Shown here one piece after another: positions 28,331 through 39,892 of a stretch of 64,000 bases of DNA; the stretch's first letter is position 1, and every line of letters begins with the position of its first letter. Both the position numbers and the translations under genes were made by a program. Location of the stretch: positions 135,718,001 to 135,782,000 of the forward strand of contig OX597814.1 in the NCBI GenBank assembly GCA_951406725.2, written 5' to 3'. Source of the DNA: Octopus vulgaris. Lineage: Eukaryota. Below the pieces are notes generated by a model. The model was not told the origin of the DNA. It did no database searches and was given only the letters and a program-made list of their open reading frames with translations.

Positions 28331-30631
28331 ACTGTATTGGTATGGACATCATCATCATTAATTAGCACCTGTTTTCCATGTTAGCATGGTTAAAACGGTT
28401 TAACTGGAGCTGGTAAGCTGGAGAGCTGAACTGGGCTCCAGTTTGTTTTGGCTTGGTTCCTACAGCTGGATTCCCATTCCTAATGCCTACCACTTTATAG
28501 AGGGTACAGGGTGCCTTTTATGTATCACTACCAGGGGGCACTTGGCTAGATATGTAATGTTAACAGATTATACTTGAATAAAAAAAAAAGTCTTGTGTTG
28601 ATGACATAGTAGGGCATATTTAGGACAAGAAGATGTAGGACATAGTATTAAGAATTTCTGTACAAAAATATTAATTCTATTTTTATTTACAATGAGTTTG
28701 GCCAAGAATTACAACAGCTCAAATCTGTAATATACTCACCATATCTTCATCAATTTCTAGAGTTATTTTAAAAATGTCTCCCTGTTCTGTCTGAGCCAAG
28801 AAGAAGAACATTGACTGAAATAGAAGAGAAAAACAAACCAGTTGAACATCTGTGTAGGTAAGGAATGAATTTTATAAATGTAGCTGTGCTTTATATAAAC
28901 TAGTAAGTGAAGATGTAAGAAAAAACAAGTTTATAAGGTATTTGCAGAACTCTCTGACTTTGTTTCTCAACTGTCTTATTGTAAGTTGAATCGCACATCA
29001 ATAAAATTCTATCAATCTTATTGACATTACCAATCAAATACTGATTCTAATGTCATCATTACACATGTGTATTTGCTCCAGTCATGTCCTGGTTGTTTGC
29101 CTGGATGAAACTGCCTTTCCTCAGTTCAAACTGGAGTTTTGATATAAGACTTTTACATTTTTTTCACTGCATCTGATTTTCTTATTTTATTACTTGGAGT
29201 TTGCTAGGCTTTTCATTCTTGTGCTCTTTGAGCTAATAATAAATCCTTACAAATCTTATAAGCAGCATCATTAATGTTTAGGCCTAGGTCAACTCTGACT
29301 GAGAAATATTATCAAAAGCTTTCTAGTCATGACCATCCAATTTTATTTTCTAAGACTATGTTCCTTACTGAAGATAGTAGGGTATAATTAGGCTGCTATT
29401 TCTGGCAAGATGAGTGATGAATTAGAAGCTCCATTATTGGCTCTGAATCACTCATCATCATCATTTAACGCCCACCTTCGATGCTGTCATGGGTTGGACA
29501 ATTCAATATTGGTATTTATTTTTTTCACTAGTTTCAGTAATTGAACTGTGGCCATGCTGGATTAGCATGCTTTCAAATGTTTAAGTCAATCAAGTCAGCC
29601 TCAGTACTTATATTACTGATCTGACATAATACCAATTTTATGCCTATAAACACACACACATGGGCATTCACTCATAAATCATCATCCTTTTAACATCCAC
29701 ATTTTCATGGTTGCAAGGGATAGACAAAATTCATTGAGGCTGGTTTTATACAGCTAGGTGCCCTTCCTGTCACCAACCGTCACCTGTTTACTCATAGTCC
29801 TTCAAATTGCATGACAAAGATGGATGTTTACAATCAATATTCAATGCCAAGACAACGGGACATGAACACACACACACAGATACGACGAGCTTCTTTCAGT
29901 TTCCATCTACCAAATCTACTCAAGGCTTTGGTTGCAAAGCAAACTTGTAACCACATAGCTACATTTCTATTTAAATTACCTTCTCTTGAAAGATAAGGCT
30001 TCAAATAAAAAAAAATATGGAAAATAAGATTGTGCAACAATCATACTTTTCTTTTGATTCATTGATATATTCAAACTATACTGAATACATAAATAAATCT
30101 TATTCCAACTGTTTCGAACTGAAAAAATACAAAAATAATTAAACAGTACCTTTGTTTTGTGAGAAGCACTGCATACAAAAATCATTCCTCGTTCAGGGTC
30201 ATCAAGGTCATTCTTTAAACAGAAATAAGTAGGAAATACATCCAAATATTATATAATGCAAAAATTACAGACATCAGTTACACTTAAAGAAAAATCTACA
30301 TAAAATAATAACAGCTTGGAAAACACATATTAGCCAGTAAAAATGCACAAAAACTTCCCTTAAATTATAATAGAATGTTTTTATTTGATTATGAACATTT
30401 TAAAAATGAGATGTTTTCAATCATAGAATCAGGGAAGTTAGAGTAAAGTAGGTTGATTTAAACAAAATTTACACAAAAGTTCATGCTAGAAAAGAAAAAT
30501 GTTCTTACTCGTCTCCGTGGAATTGGACATCTAATGTCAGGCTGATCTCCAAAGTTCTTATATGTGATATAGTTTTCAGAACAAATTAAGCAACCACTTG
30601 GACCATCACTGCCTCCAGGTACTGTTGTTGT

Positions 30632-30662
<31 letters not shown>

Positions 30663-33600
30663 GATGATGATAATAATAATAATAATGATAATGATGATGA
30701 TGATAATAATAATAATAATCCTTTCTACTATAGGCAAAAGGCTTAAAATTTGAAGGGTGAGGGCTACGTCAATTACATCGACCCCAGTGTTCGACTGGTA
30801 CTTATTTTACTGATGGCAAAGTTGACCTTGGCAGGATTTGAACTCAGAGCATAAAGACAGACAAAATACCACTAAGCATTTTGTCCAGCATGCTAACGAT
30901 TCTGCCAGCCCACCACCTTAATAATAATAATAATAATAATAATAGTTTCAAATTTTGGTACAAGGCCAGCAATTTCAAGGAAAAGGTAAGCCAATAACAT
31001 CGACCTTGGTGTCCAACTCATAATTAATTCATCAACCCAAAAAGGATGAAAGATGAAATTGAACTCAGAACATAAAGACAGACGAAATGTTAAGCATTTT
31101 GCCTGATGTGCTAACGATTCTGCCAGCTTGCCACCTTAATAAAAAAAAAATAATAATAATCCTTTCTGTTAAAAGCACAAGGCCTGAAATTTGGGGAGAG
31201 GGGACTAATTGATTACATCAACCTCAGTGTTTTACTGGTACTTAATTTATTGACCTTGAAAGGATGAAAGGCGAAGTCAACCTCAGCAGAATTTGAACTC
31301 AAAATGTAGCAGCAGACGGAATACTGATAAGCATTTCACCCAGCATGCTAACAATTCTGCCAATTTGCTGCAGCAGCAGTAGTAGTAGTAGTAGTAGTAA
31401 TAATAATAATAATAATAATAATCCTTTCTAATATATGCACAAGGCCTGAAATTTGATGGAGGAAGCCAGTTGAATACATCAACCCTCTCTTTAACTTTTT
31501 CTTTATCCTTATTTGTAAATCTACAAAGGTGAAATACTGACAAACTTTTAGACAATGCTATCAAGGTCTTTCTTCTCTATAAAGACATCATCCCTGAAGA
31601 TGTTGCAATTTCCAAGCAACTTTAGAGAGATGAAATTTGGGGTAGGAAAAATGTCAATATTTTGTAAATGTTATATATAATCAAGGATCACCTAAAAGTA
31701 TTCTAACATCAAGACATAAATGATTTGATCTGATAGTAAAGTTTGATTGTACCAGCCTACTTAAAAATAAAATTCATATAATAATCTGCTTGCCTGTTCA
31801 CCCGTTATACTTTAGTTAATTACAGAAGTAGAGAGAAATTTGAGTAGAGAAAAGAAGAGTATAACACACCAAGGCCAAATGCATCACATGGTTACTTGAA
31901 GGGAGAATTGAAGAGCAAGAGAAAACGACAGTGAGAGAGAGAAGTGTTAATGACAAGCTGTAGGGTGGGGAGGGAAAGTGAAGAGAAAGAGAGAAATATT
32001 AAAGACATGAAGAGAGGAATTACATGGTTAAAAAGTTTGTTGAAGAGATAGAGAGAAAGAGAGAAATATAAAGTGGTTAGCTGAGGGAAATTTTAAATCC
32101 ATATAATATATAATTGTGATTAGAAGTGAAATAACTCAGCAAAATAAAAATAAAAATCATCCTTTCTTTCTTAAATAGCTTCTCTTAATCTTTTTTGTTG
32201 TGGCATTTTCACAGGGTCTACTAGTTAAACATAAATTCATCAAAAACCAGCAGTGATATATGACATAGCTACTGCTTCTTCGTCATCATCAACAATACAA
32301 GCTTTTCTACTTGCAGAGAATAACTTCTGCATTAATGAATTTTTTTTAGGCCTATCCAACCAACTTATTCTAAGGCTTTGGTTTACTTTTAACTTACATA
32401 GCTTCTGAATGGGTGTATCTGCTGGGTCTCGGTTTAAAATAACACTAGTCAGAAAATGGAGGCAATGATGTGAGGAAATATATAAAAATGAAAGCCAATA
32501 TAAACCGTATTTGATGGCACAGGCATAAAAGATGCACTCCAAGTTCAGTAGCACATATTTAGGATTACTCTATCAAATGTAATGCTTAATTATTTATATT
32601 GCTTTGAATTAATCATGCAATATCTTGTAGGTTTGATATTTTCCTAATGTGATTGCTAATTTTCAGAAGGACATTGTAGGGTAAGTGTGAAAAGCTGATT
32701 CTGGCTGGTTTGAACATAAAATAGGTAGAATATTTAGATCAGGTATGCCCAGTTTGAATACTAAAGGGTTAAAACATAATATAGACCCAACTTGGCATAT
32801 AGGACCTGAGGTGAGTTTTTGAGACACTTTTGTTGGGAAGAAAAGTACCACAAATACTGTAGATTAAAGATGCCAAGATTCATGGCAATAAAAAAATCTT
32901 GGAGCAGTATTTATTTTTTAAACTGGAAAATGATAATCCTATATTGATGAATTACAATGTAAGAAACAATAAATGTCAACTTAATTGTTAATTTTTCAAA
33001 TCACAGCTAAAAGAAACATTATAATATATGAAAATGAAGGACTTACCAGCAATCAGAGAATTAGCATGTTCTTCAAGTTGTTCAGAATATTTCCTTACAA
33101 CATGGTTGAGACCAAGATCCAATTCATAATAAGTAAGCATCTGATGAGTCTGGAGTGCAGCTTCCCCTGTTGGGTCATAGTCAGCTTCCTAAAATACAAT
33201 TCACTTCATTAATGTTTATTTTGATAAACACATTTGTGTTTATCTTTTTGATAAACATGATACATTTTTTTTAATAAACAAAAAGAAAAAATGACATGAA
33301 AAAATATGGAAATTTTTATTTTTTTTAAATGTATATAATGCAGTCTGTCCCATCTTTCCACTGGAGGAAGAGCTAACTGTAAAGAGTTCACACAAACTAT
33401 ATTTAGTTTGAACTCTCACAGATTAGTGATTTGAAGGGAACTCTTTATACATAGTTCTATTAGAAATGAAAGGTAGAAAGATTTGGTACAGGAAAAGGAA
33501 AAAGACAGGTACATAATTGGGTATATGTGGGAAGTGAGGATGATCTTACGCATGTTCATTTGTTTTCCTACATGTGTCTTAAAATATCATAGATCTCTTT

Positions 33601-36600
33601 CTTACATCCAAACCTAGATGATACTCAAAACATAAGATTCCTAATCACTGAAGTCTTTTAACCCTTTAGCATGCAGATTACTCTGTCAAATGTAACGTTG
33701 TTTTGAATAAATCATGCATTATCATCTTGTAGCATCACAATTTCAATGATGTGAATGATAGAAAGAACCATCTAAGATGTGTAGCCTTCCTAGCAAGAGA
33801 TGATGCTGCATTGGACTGGCAAAAAAAAAATACAGTTGCAATACACAAGTAGTTTGTGATTGATGACATTTGTAACAATGACACACATAGGGAAACAGCT
33901 TTGTCGGACAATTCTCAGGTTAGTCAATCTCTGATTTTACTAATATCAATGATAACAGCTTTATTTTTTTTTTCAAAGTTTTCAGAGGTAAGATATTACC
34001 AATTTGTAGAAAAGATAGCTTCCAGTAAATGCAACTTCAACAGAAACCATAATGGTAATCACTAGAGAGAAATACATTCAAGATAGTACAGATACTTATT
34101 GAGTATGATCATCTCCCATAACCTTATTATAATAATGCTTTGCTTGTAACAAAAATAAGGAAATATAATCTTACTTCATAATCTATCTCAAGACAAGCAA
34201 ATGTTGGATTTTCAAATCCTACATCAACTCCAACCATGTGGTAGACGAGTGTGCTGGATTTGTGGGCTTCAAGAGGAGAAGAAATTGTTAGTCGAGCTTG
34301 AGCATCTCTATTCAGGATATATACTAACTTCTGTTTCTCCACCGCACCTGTAAATAAAATGTGAACAATTATATCAGATTAAATAGTTTTCATAACATCA
34401 ACTGCTCAACTTTGAAGTAAAAATGATATCTATAGAACCTTTCTTTAGCATCAAAATTTCCAGCATAATAGAAACTCTAGCCACTACATCTGAGAAAGAC
34501 TTTTGCATACTTTGTTGAGTTTTTTTTTTTTTAAATCCTTAAAATTATTGGTTTCACATTTTGGCACAAAGCCAGTAATTTCGGGGGAGAAGGATGAAAG
34601 GCAAAGTTGATCTCAGAATAATAATAATAATAATGAAATTATTGTATACAGTGCTCAGGTGCACTACAACTTGTCAAAAGTGCGTATAAAGCATATGCAG
34701 TAATGTACAAATGTCTGGAAAGTGAACAGTGTATGAGCCAGATACATGCTTGCGTGTGTATGGAGAGGAGAAAATCAGGTGTAGTGTTGGCGAATCTCAG
34801 GAAGCATGGAAGTTTTGAAGGATGCAGTGCTCCGACAACTAACAACTGATGCCGGCAGTCTGTTCCATGCTTCAGCAACTCTTAGCGTGAAAAAATGTTT
34901 ACGAAAGTCATGGGAGCTGTGCTGTTTTCTGACTTTGTAAACATGTCCACGGGTATCCACTCACAAGGCTTTGGTTGGTCCAAGGCTATAGAAGACACTT
35001 GCCAAAGGTGCCACACAGTGGGACTGAACCTGGAACCATGTGGTTGGGAAGCAAGCTTCTTACCACACAGTAACACCTATATATTTTATACACTATATAC
35101 ACACATAAATGTGTGTATATAGTGTGTGTGTGTGTGTGTGCACGCATGTCCTTGTATTGGCATCAAGTGAGTTGTAAATGTCACTGTCATGCAAGCAATG
35201 TTCTTCATTTCCAATCTTCCAAGAAAACATTTTTAGTCATGGGGAAATACTACCTTACATGGAAACAGGTGACGATTAGTGACAAAGACATCAGACTGTA
35301 GAAAATCTGCCTCAATAAACTCCATCTGACCCATGCAATCATGGAAAAGTGGATATTAAAACAATGATGATAGTGTCATTTAGGTTTGCAGGAGTTGCAA
35401 GGAGAAATAATTCATAGGTCATGAATAGTTAATGTTTTGCTTTTTTAAATCTCAACTTTCTCAGAAGAAAAGCAGACAAAGTGGAATAAAAATGTAAATA
35501 TTTTTTTGTTACCTGTCATTACTGCACGTCCCTTTGGATCAACAGCCAAGAACTGACCGGGGACAATCCTCCGACAACCACTCTTGCCAAATGTCTCTTG
35601 ATGGATCTAAAATAAGAAAAAATAATCAGTTATTTGTACTGAATAAATATAAGCTTTAAAAATGAAAAATAGAAGTTGAAGAATAAAATTATGAGAAACA
35701 ATACACAAGTGTACAAAACACTAGTATATGTATATTTCAAGAACAAAATTATATATACACGCACACTTTGTTTTCCAACCACATGGTTCTGGGTTCAGTC
35801 CCGCTGTGTGACACCTTGGACAAGTGTCTTCTACTATAGCCTTAGGCTAACCAGAGCCTTGTGAATGAATTTGGTAAACAGAAACTGAAAGAAGCCCATC
35901 ATATGTTTGTGTGTGTGTGTATACTAACTTAAAAGTCACACTCTGTGCAGACTTTTAATCTAGCTCCTGCGAAGGGTTAATTGGACCTGCAACCCAAAGC
36001 TAAAGAGAGCCATAATAATAATAAAGCATTTATTGGTGTCCTACCAACATGGTATTACTTTAAATTCATTTTAAATGAAAAACTTGTAAGTTCACAAATT
36101 TTTTGGATTCTTTTAAAATTTGAATTTTTAACTGTAAACATATAACAGATCCTCATCCAGGCCTGATCCCAACGCTGGATATTCAAGAACGAAACGAAGG
36201 GCAGATTTTCAATCCCAGGATCATCCTGGTCCCATAGAGCAAATGTAGACTAAGATACAGGGGTCCCAGATGGACAGACAAACAGAATTGTTTATATATA
36301 TATACACACACACATCACTTATTTCATTTTGCTCCAGTCCACTCAGCAGTAAATGAGCAACCCTGTGATGCACTAGCATCCTATTCAGTGGGAATATGAT
36401 TTCAGTCACTTATATGCCATGGAAACTGGGTAACAAACCCAATGAGTTTTAGAAATCAAGATAGTACTTTCCTATAGTACCATTACTATATATGTGTTTG
36501 GTTGCTCCACTTCTTAGAATAAGCAGCCAAGTTACCCTTAAACTATCCTCTTCAGTCTTTAAAAAAAATAAGAGTTCAATTGATCTTATAACAAATAAAA

Positions 36601-38174
36601 TCTAACCTCTCTTTAATGTAGTTGCATAATTCTTTATAACAGTTGGATGACAGAAACCAGGGGTAATACATAAGGGTGAAATAGCCTAATTTGCATGTTC
36701 AAAGCAAATAAGCAATTTCAAGAATGGATAGCAAAAAGGAAATGCTAATTAGATAAATATATTACCTTTTCAAATGCATTTTTAGATGGAAGATATTCAA
36801 GGATGACAATCCTTCCGGAATCAGATCCAACAATAATATAATCTGAAAAGAAACAGATTTTGAAATTAGAGAGTGGAAAATTTTAGATAAAGAAAAGGTG
36901 TACAAATGGAGTGGAAAACATTAACAGTGAAAAACAATAGTTCTTTCATTTCACACACTATGTTCAAATCACAAATCACACACCATATCAAAAAACATGC
37001 TTTCTCTAAGGGTTTGTAAATATACATAAGGAAGTCCCTTACAGAAATTTATAAAAAAAAAAAAGGGAAATAGAAGACTCATTACTCTGTATAGAAACTA
37101 ATATTCTTTTATCAGTTTCACCTCTATCAATTATTAAAACTGTTTGTATTTCATGCCCGAGAAAAAGAGAAAAGGAGGCAGGACCTCTATCAGTCCAAGC
37201 TGACTGAATCTACACATATCTGTACAAGCCTGAACTAGATTTTTTTGTAAGAAGACTGACAGTTGTCCATGCAGACAAGTCTCTCATCTCCATGACACCA
37301 ATGTTTATCCAAGGGAAAGGCTGCCAACTTTAGCTAATACAGTTTGGCATTGCTTCCAGCACACAAAATGCTGGAACAGCTTCAACTAAGCAATTTGTTA
37401 GATCCTCTAACAGTGCCATCAAACCTTACACTGGATTGGTAATTTTTTAATGACTCAAAAAGGGTGACAGACAAAGATAAGAACTCAGAACACAAACAGT
37501 TCTGTGAGGCATAATAACAATTCCAATTCACCACTTTCAAGACAAGGTAATTAACACAAGAGAAGCAAACTCAATATGTACATCGGGTGATTTACTCTAC
37601 AGTAAGAATTCAGATCAGGCTTCTGTTCTAAGGATAAATTCTTCCTTAGTTGCCCTAAAAATGAGGTTATAGATTCTATTCTTCATCATATGATTAACAT
37701 AGAGAAAAAAAACAAAACAAATCAAATTATTTTGGAGTCATTACCAACAAGTGTGTATAGAAATCCTATCACAATTGTCAAAAGGAAAACAAAGTTAGCT
37801 AAAGCTATATAAAGAAAAGTAATTGTTCAATAGCCAACGATAAAATGTTATAGTTTCAGGTTCTCAACATTTGCACTTTAATAAAATCATATTTAGAGTT
37901 AGCTACAGATAAAACTCTGGAAAAAAAAACCAAAAAAAAAAACCTTACCTTTAGTTCCACCTGTAAGTCGAAAAGGTAACAAAGCTCTTATTACACCAAA
38001 TATCTCAACAGTTAAAATAGTGTAGACTTTCCCTGTGTTAGGGTCAGGGCGCAAAAGCTCTAAGATTTTGCCCCTTGATACAATAACTTCCTGCTGTTTA
38101 GTTCCAGAGAAATTACCATGGACAGCTTGAGTTATTCCTGTTGCTCGTTGTAATGTCAAATTGTACAGAAACAT
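2987..38174 (-). CDS. SF3B3: Splicing factor 3B subunit 3 (SAP130), complete 27-coding-exon CDS, 1217 aa
   Basis: Hand-spliced GT-AG exons sum to 3654 nt in one frame, from [29 protein letters not shown] to [14 protein letters not shown]. Recognisably SF3B3 throughout; same length as the human protein. Confidence 0.98.
3765..3860 (-). CDS. SF3B3: SF3B3 coding exon 26
   Basis: [32 protein letters not shown]; CAG/GTAAG. Confidence 0.95.
4325..4429 (-). CDS. SF3B3: SF3B3 coding exon 25
   Basis: [35 protein letters not shown]; CAG/GTAAA. Confidence 0.95.
5320..5463 (-). CDS. SF3B3: SF3B3 coding exon 24
   Basis: [48 protein letters not shown]; TAG/GTTTG. Confidence 0.95.
5751..5849 (-). CDS. 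SF3B3: SF3B3 coding exon 23
   Basis: [33 protein letters not shown]; TAG/GTTTG. Confidence 0.95.
6278..6571 (+). mobile_element. Octopus-type tRNA SINE nested in a piggyBac-like MITE (about 6170-6682)
   Basis: GCTGTGTGGTAAGAAGTTTGCTTCCCAACC head, CCTTGGGCAAGTGTCTTCTAC core, AATGACTGAAACAAGTAAAAGA tail; MITE sequence resumes on both sides. Confidence 0.7.
6829..7048. mobile_element. piggyBac-like MITE (family 2); other copies near 10394-10613, 32560-32768, 33662-33750, 40415-40475, 44120-44338
   Basis: TTAA|CCCTTTAGCATT ... AATGCTAAAGGG|TTAA, recurring in the window. Confidence 0.75.
7392..7604 (-). CDS. SF3B3: SF3B3 coding exon 22
   Basis: [24 protein letters not shown]...ADKFGNITV; CAG/GTAAG. 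Confidence 0.95.
8057..8555 (+). mobile_element. RTE-LINE-related 3' end with an internal ~62-bp tandem array and (GAT)n tail
   Basis: Shares AGGAAGGGCATCCAGCTGTAGAAAC...AACCCATGC...GACGTTAAACGATGATG 3' end with the RT-coding copy at 59.3-61.7 kb. Confidence 0.75.
9030..9246 (+). mobile_element. Mariner-derived MITE (second, interrupted copy at 23732-24075)
   Basis: TA-flanked TIRs CAACGGGGTGCTGAAAAG / CTTTACAGCACCCCCTTG; retains mariner C-terminal [14 protein letters not shown]. Confidence 0.75.
9328..9610 (-). CDS. SF3B3: SF3B3 coding exon 21
   Basis: IALVRFSC...[18 protein letters not shown]; TAG/GTATT. Confidence 0.95.
9751..9956 (-). CDS. SF3B3: SF3B3 coding exon 20
   Basis: [43 protein letters not shown]...QNEAAH; TAG/GTTTG. 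Confidence 0.95.
11421..11595 (-). CDS. SF3B3: SF3B3 coding exon 19
   Basis: [25 protein letters not shown]...QRKQQMAE; CAG/GTTGG. Confidence 0.95.
12735..12889 (-). CDS. SF3B3: SF3B3 coding exon 18
   Basis: [51 protein letters not shown]; CAG/GTAAG. Confidence 0.95.
12982..13104 (-). CDS. SF3B3: SF3B3 coding exon 17
   Basis: [41 protein letters not shown]; CAG/GTAAG. Confidence 0.95.
14252..14395 (-). CDS. SF3B3: SF3B3 coding exon 16
   Basis: [24 protein letters not shown]...LFLNIGLQ; CAG/GTTAG. Confidence 0.95.
15373..15660 (-). mobile_element. Penelope-like pseudo-LTR with tRNA-like module and degenerate hammerhead motif
   Basis: Same sequence as 42430-42645; tRNA-like 15557-15628, (AAT)n, hammerhead 15429-15474; short inverted copy at 15639-15660. 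Confidence 0.7.
16082..16237 (-). CDS. SF3B3: SF3B3 coding exon 15
   Basis: [20 protein letters not shown]...RIISLDPS; TAG/GTAAG. Confidence 0.95.
16481..16981. repeat. ~133-bp inverted repeat (16481-16613 vs 16849-16981)
   Basis: Arms are reverse complements with about 5 mismatches by eye. Confidence 0.9.
16930..17053 (-). ncRNA. Hammerhead ribozyme motif with extended stem II (Penelope-type)
   Basis: CT-CTGACGA-AGCC...GGCT-GAAA-CAGCTG-TA-AG: canonical core boxes, 4-bp stem II base, palindromic stem III, GUA cleavage triplet; stem I weak. Confidence 0.6.
17670..17852. repeat. (TA)n/(CA)n microsatellites; similar tracts at 9285, 24112, 25888, 50925; (GA)n at 28293
   Basis: Direct reading. 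Confidence 0.9.
18323..18478 (-). CDS. SF3B3: SF3B3 coding exon 14
   Basis: [24 protein letters not shown]...LVYFEMDP; CAG/GTAAG. Confidence 0.95.
18671..18822 (-). CDS. SF3B3: SF3B3 coding exon 13
   Basis: [50 protein letters not shown]; CAG/GTAAG. Confidence 0.95.
22195..22267 (-). CDS. SF3B3: SF3B3 coding exon 12
   Basis: [24 protein letters not shown]; TAG/GTAAA. Confidence 0.95.
22850..23270 (-). mobile_element. Degraded non-LTR retrotransposon ORF2 C-terminus (CR1/L2/Jockey-like)
   Basis: Frameshifted pieces [22 protein letters not shown] are typical of the post-RT region. Confidence 0.5.
24505..24600 (-). CDS. SF3B3: SF3B3 coding exon 11
   Basis: [32 protein letters not shown]; CAG/GTATT. 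Confidence 0.95.
25897..26711 (+). mobile_element. Non-autonomous Helitron
   Basis: A|TC start in a (TA)n tract; 3' hairpin CCCAAGCAACGCCGGG then CTAG|T; internal tandem AAAATCGATAAACCGATTCC units. Confidence 0.7.
26863..27028 (-). CDS. SF3B3: SF3B3 coding exon 10
   Basis: [31 protein letters not shown]...SPIMSCQ; CAG/GTGAG. Confidence 0.95.
27739..27842 (-). CDS. SF3B3: SF3B3 coding exon 9
   Basis: [34 protein letters not shown]; CAG/GTAAG. Confidence 0.95.
28740..28814 (-). CDS. SF3B3: SF3B3 coding exon 8
   Basis: [25 protein letters not shown]; CAG/GTGAG. Confidence 0.95.
30150..30212 (-). CDS. SF3B3: SF3B3 coding exon 7
   Basis: [21 protein letters not shown]; AAG acceptor, GTACT donor. 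Confidence 0.93.
30509..30621 (-). CDS. SF3B3: SF3B3 coding exon 6
   Basis: [37 protein letters not shown]; CAG/GTAAG. Confidence 0.94.
30624..31480 (-). mobile_element. Head-to-tail cluster of tRNA SINEs separated by (AAT)n/(GAT)n microsatellites
   Basis: Three to four copies of the GAGCTGGCAGAATCGTTAGC...GTTCAAATTC...TTTGCCTTTCATCC family; same family at 1800-2011, 4920-5122, 21385-21800, 41310-41750, 48503-48700. Confidence 0.8.
33047..33188 (-). CDS. SF3B3: SF3B3 coding exon 5
   Basis: [47 protein letters not shown]; TAG/GTAAG. Confidence 0.95.
34175..34347 (-). CDS. SF3B3: SF3B3 coding exon 4
   Basis: [29 protein letters not shown]...ACLEIDYE; CAG/GTAAG. Confidence 0.95.
34618..34950 (-). 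mobile_element. CR1 LINE 3' end
   Basis: [11 protein letters not shown]...[18 protein letters not shown]...FK is the classic CR1 ORF2 C-terminus; followed by 3'UTR and (ATT)n tail. Confidence 0.85.
35513..35606 (-). CDS. SF3B3: SF3B3 coding exon 3
   Basis: [31 protein letters not shown]; TAG/GTAAC. Confidence 0.95.
35924..36300 (-). mobile_element. Probable non-autonomous Helitron (related fragment 14922-15070)
   Basis: 3' hairpin AAAAGTC...GACTTTT then TTAG|T; 5' end in (TA)n with TCTGTTTGTCTGTCC; shared ~150 bp with 14922-15070. Confidence 0.5.
36766..36842 (-). CDS. SF3B3: SF3B3 coding exon 2
   Basis: [26 protein letters not shown]; CAG/GTAAT boundaries. Confidence 0.95.
37949..38174 (-). 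CDS. SF3B3: SF3B3 coding exon 1 (ATG at 38174; acceptor 8 nt upstream, exon starts 38182)
   Basis: [13 protein letters not shown]...RLTGGTK; donor G|GTAAGG; upstream TTTTACTTCAG acceptor implies a non-coding exon further 5'. Confidence 0.96.
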
Positions 38175-39534
38175 GGTGATGCCTGAAGTAAAATGAAAAT
38201 GGAAAACATGAGTATATAGCAGGAAAAAATTTCAGTGTAGATGAAGCAATGATAGGTTAAGGGTAGGATACATTTTCTGGCAATACATGCCTACTAAACC
38301 CACCAATTGCTGCTTCAAGATGTGGGAGGTTTGTGAATTGGATATGGGCTAGAGTGCAGACTTTGATATTTACATGGGATAAAAACATAATGGATGAAGA
38401 CAAAATGGATTAGGACATGATGTTGAATGGTCTTTAACTGACCCCTTTCATTAACACAGACAATTCTATTTTAACTGGTTTTCTGCAGTGATTCTGACAG
38501 AATAACTTGCCTTAAAGAACATGTATAACAACAGTACAATAAGGGGTAATTGCAAAGGGCTACCTCAAGAAACAAAATTTACTAAGCTGATGGGACACTT
38601 TCCAGATGTAAAAGGGAAACATGTTAACCACCTCATACAAGGACAAACATATTTTTGTGAGGCTGATGCTACTGATCATCAACATCCTCATTATCTAACA
38701 TTCATATTCCATGCTGGCATAGGTTGGACAGTTTGACAGGATCCAATGTCTTCAAGGATCATATTGAGCTCCTGGTCCTTTGTTATCTGTCTGGCTTAGG
38801 ATCCTGAGGTCAGCATTTACCAGTTCATACCATGACTATCTGGGCTTCACCTCTTCCACAACTTACAGCTACATTAAGCAAATGGTACTTCTTTATACAG
38901 CTGTCCTCATTCACATGCAATTCATGTCCATACCACATGTTGATGCTGAAGGCAAGCAAGCCTACTATAAGTATTGCATATAATAAACACGTTATTGTTA
39001 AATCCAACCAATATCATGCTTATTACCTATTTGGACAGCCTGGAAAGAAATGGTGGGATACATTTCGTAGCTTTTAGCCTATTTAACTACAGTGAATTAT
39101 TTTATTGTGTGCATGAAAAGTTACATGGTACCCCTACCACCAAAAGACTACTATCCCATGAAATTTTGTGTTGATTTTGCATCTTAGTTACACAGAGACT
39201 ACTCTTCCCAAATGCAATGAGCTAGAAAAAAAAGGAAAATTGACTGATGTAGATATAAACAGAGAATAATGATTTCTGTAAGATTGAGAAAAAAATCATA
39301 GGAATGAAGTGTGTAGAATGCGTTCATTGCAAAAGAGAAAAACTGCCAAAAACTATCAAGTTGAAACCTCTTTTAGAGATTTGTTTTGTGAGGTGCCAAT
39401 GTGTAAAATGGGCTTTGGATTAATTTCATGACAGAAATACAACATGAAAATATTTTATTAAATCTGTAGTTTGAGAGAAATGCAATTATTATATAATTCT
39501 TACATTTGAACACAATAGATCTCTATAGATCTCT

Positions 39535-39892
39535 ATAAGTGCCAATCCCTAACTGTGAAGGGAACCAGTGGAAGAGGTAGACCCAGGAAGACATGGGACG
39601 AGGTGGTGAAGCATGATCTTTGGGTGTTGGATCTCAGAGACGATGACAAGTGATTGAGACTTTTGGCAATTTTCTGTGCTTGAGAAGACTTGTCAAGCCA
39701 AGTGAGATCGTAGTCATGGCCAGTGTCAGTGACATGTAAAAAGGCACTCACTACACTCTTGGAGTGGTTGGCATTAGGAAGGGCATCCAGCTGTAGAAAC
39801 CAAGCCAAATCAGACTGGAGCTTAGTGCAGTTCCAGTCAAACCATCTAACCCATGCCAGCATAGAAAACAGATGCTAAATGATGATGATGAT
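39535..39892 (+). mobile_element. RTE LINE 3' fragment; further fragments near 3213-3370, 11023-11200, 13630-13900, 28347-28530, 50055-50600, 62139-62370, 63905-64000
   Basis: GRGRPRKTWDEVVKHDL (RTE C-terminal motif), shared 3'UTR, (GAT)n tail. Confidence 0.8.

Noticed and set aside
30213-30215. AAG acceptor of exon 7 as a non-canonical or U12 intron
   Set aside because: Still GT-AG with an ordinary GTAAGA donor; no U12 GTATCCTT signature seen in any SF3B3 intron.
2987-38174. Intronic C/D snoRNAs (human SF3B3 hosts SNORD111/111B); weak candidate at about 25138-25195 on the minus strand
   Set aside because: No convincing C box, D box and terminal stem with a recognisable rRNA guide by eye; needs snoscan/Infernal.
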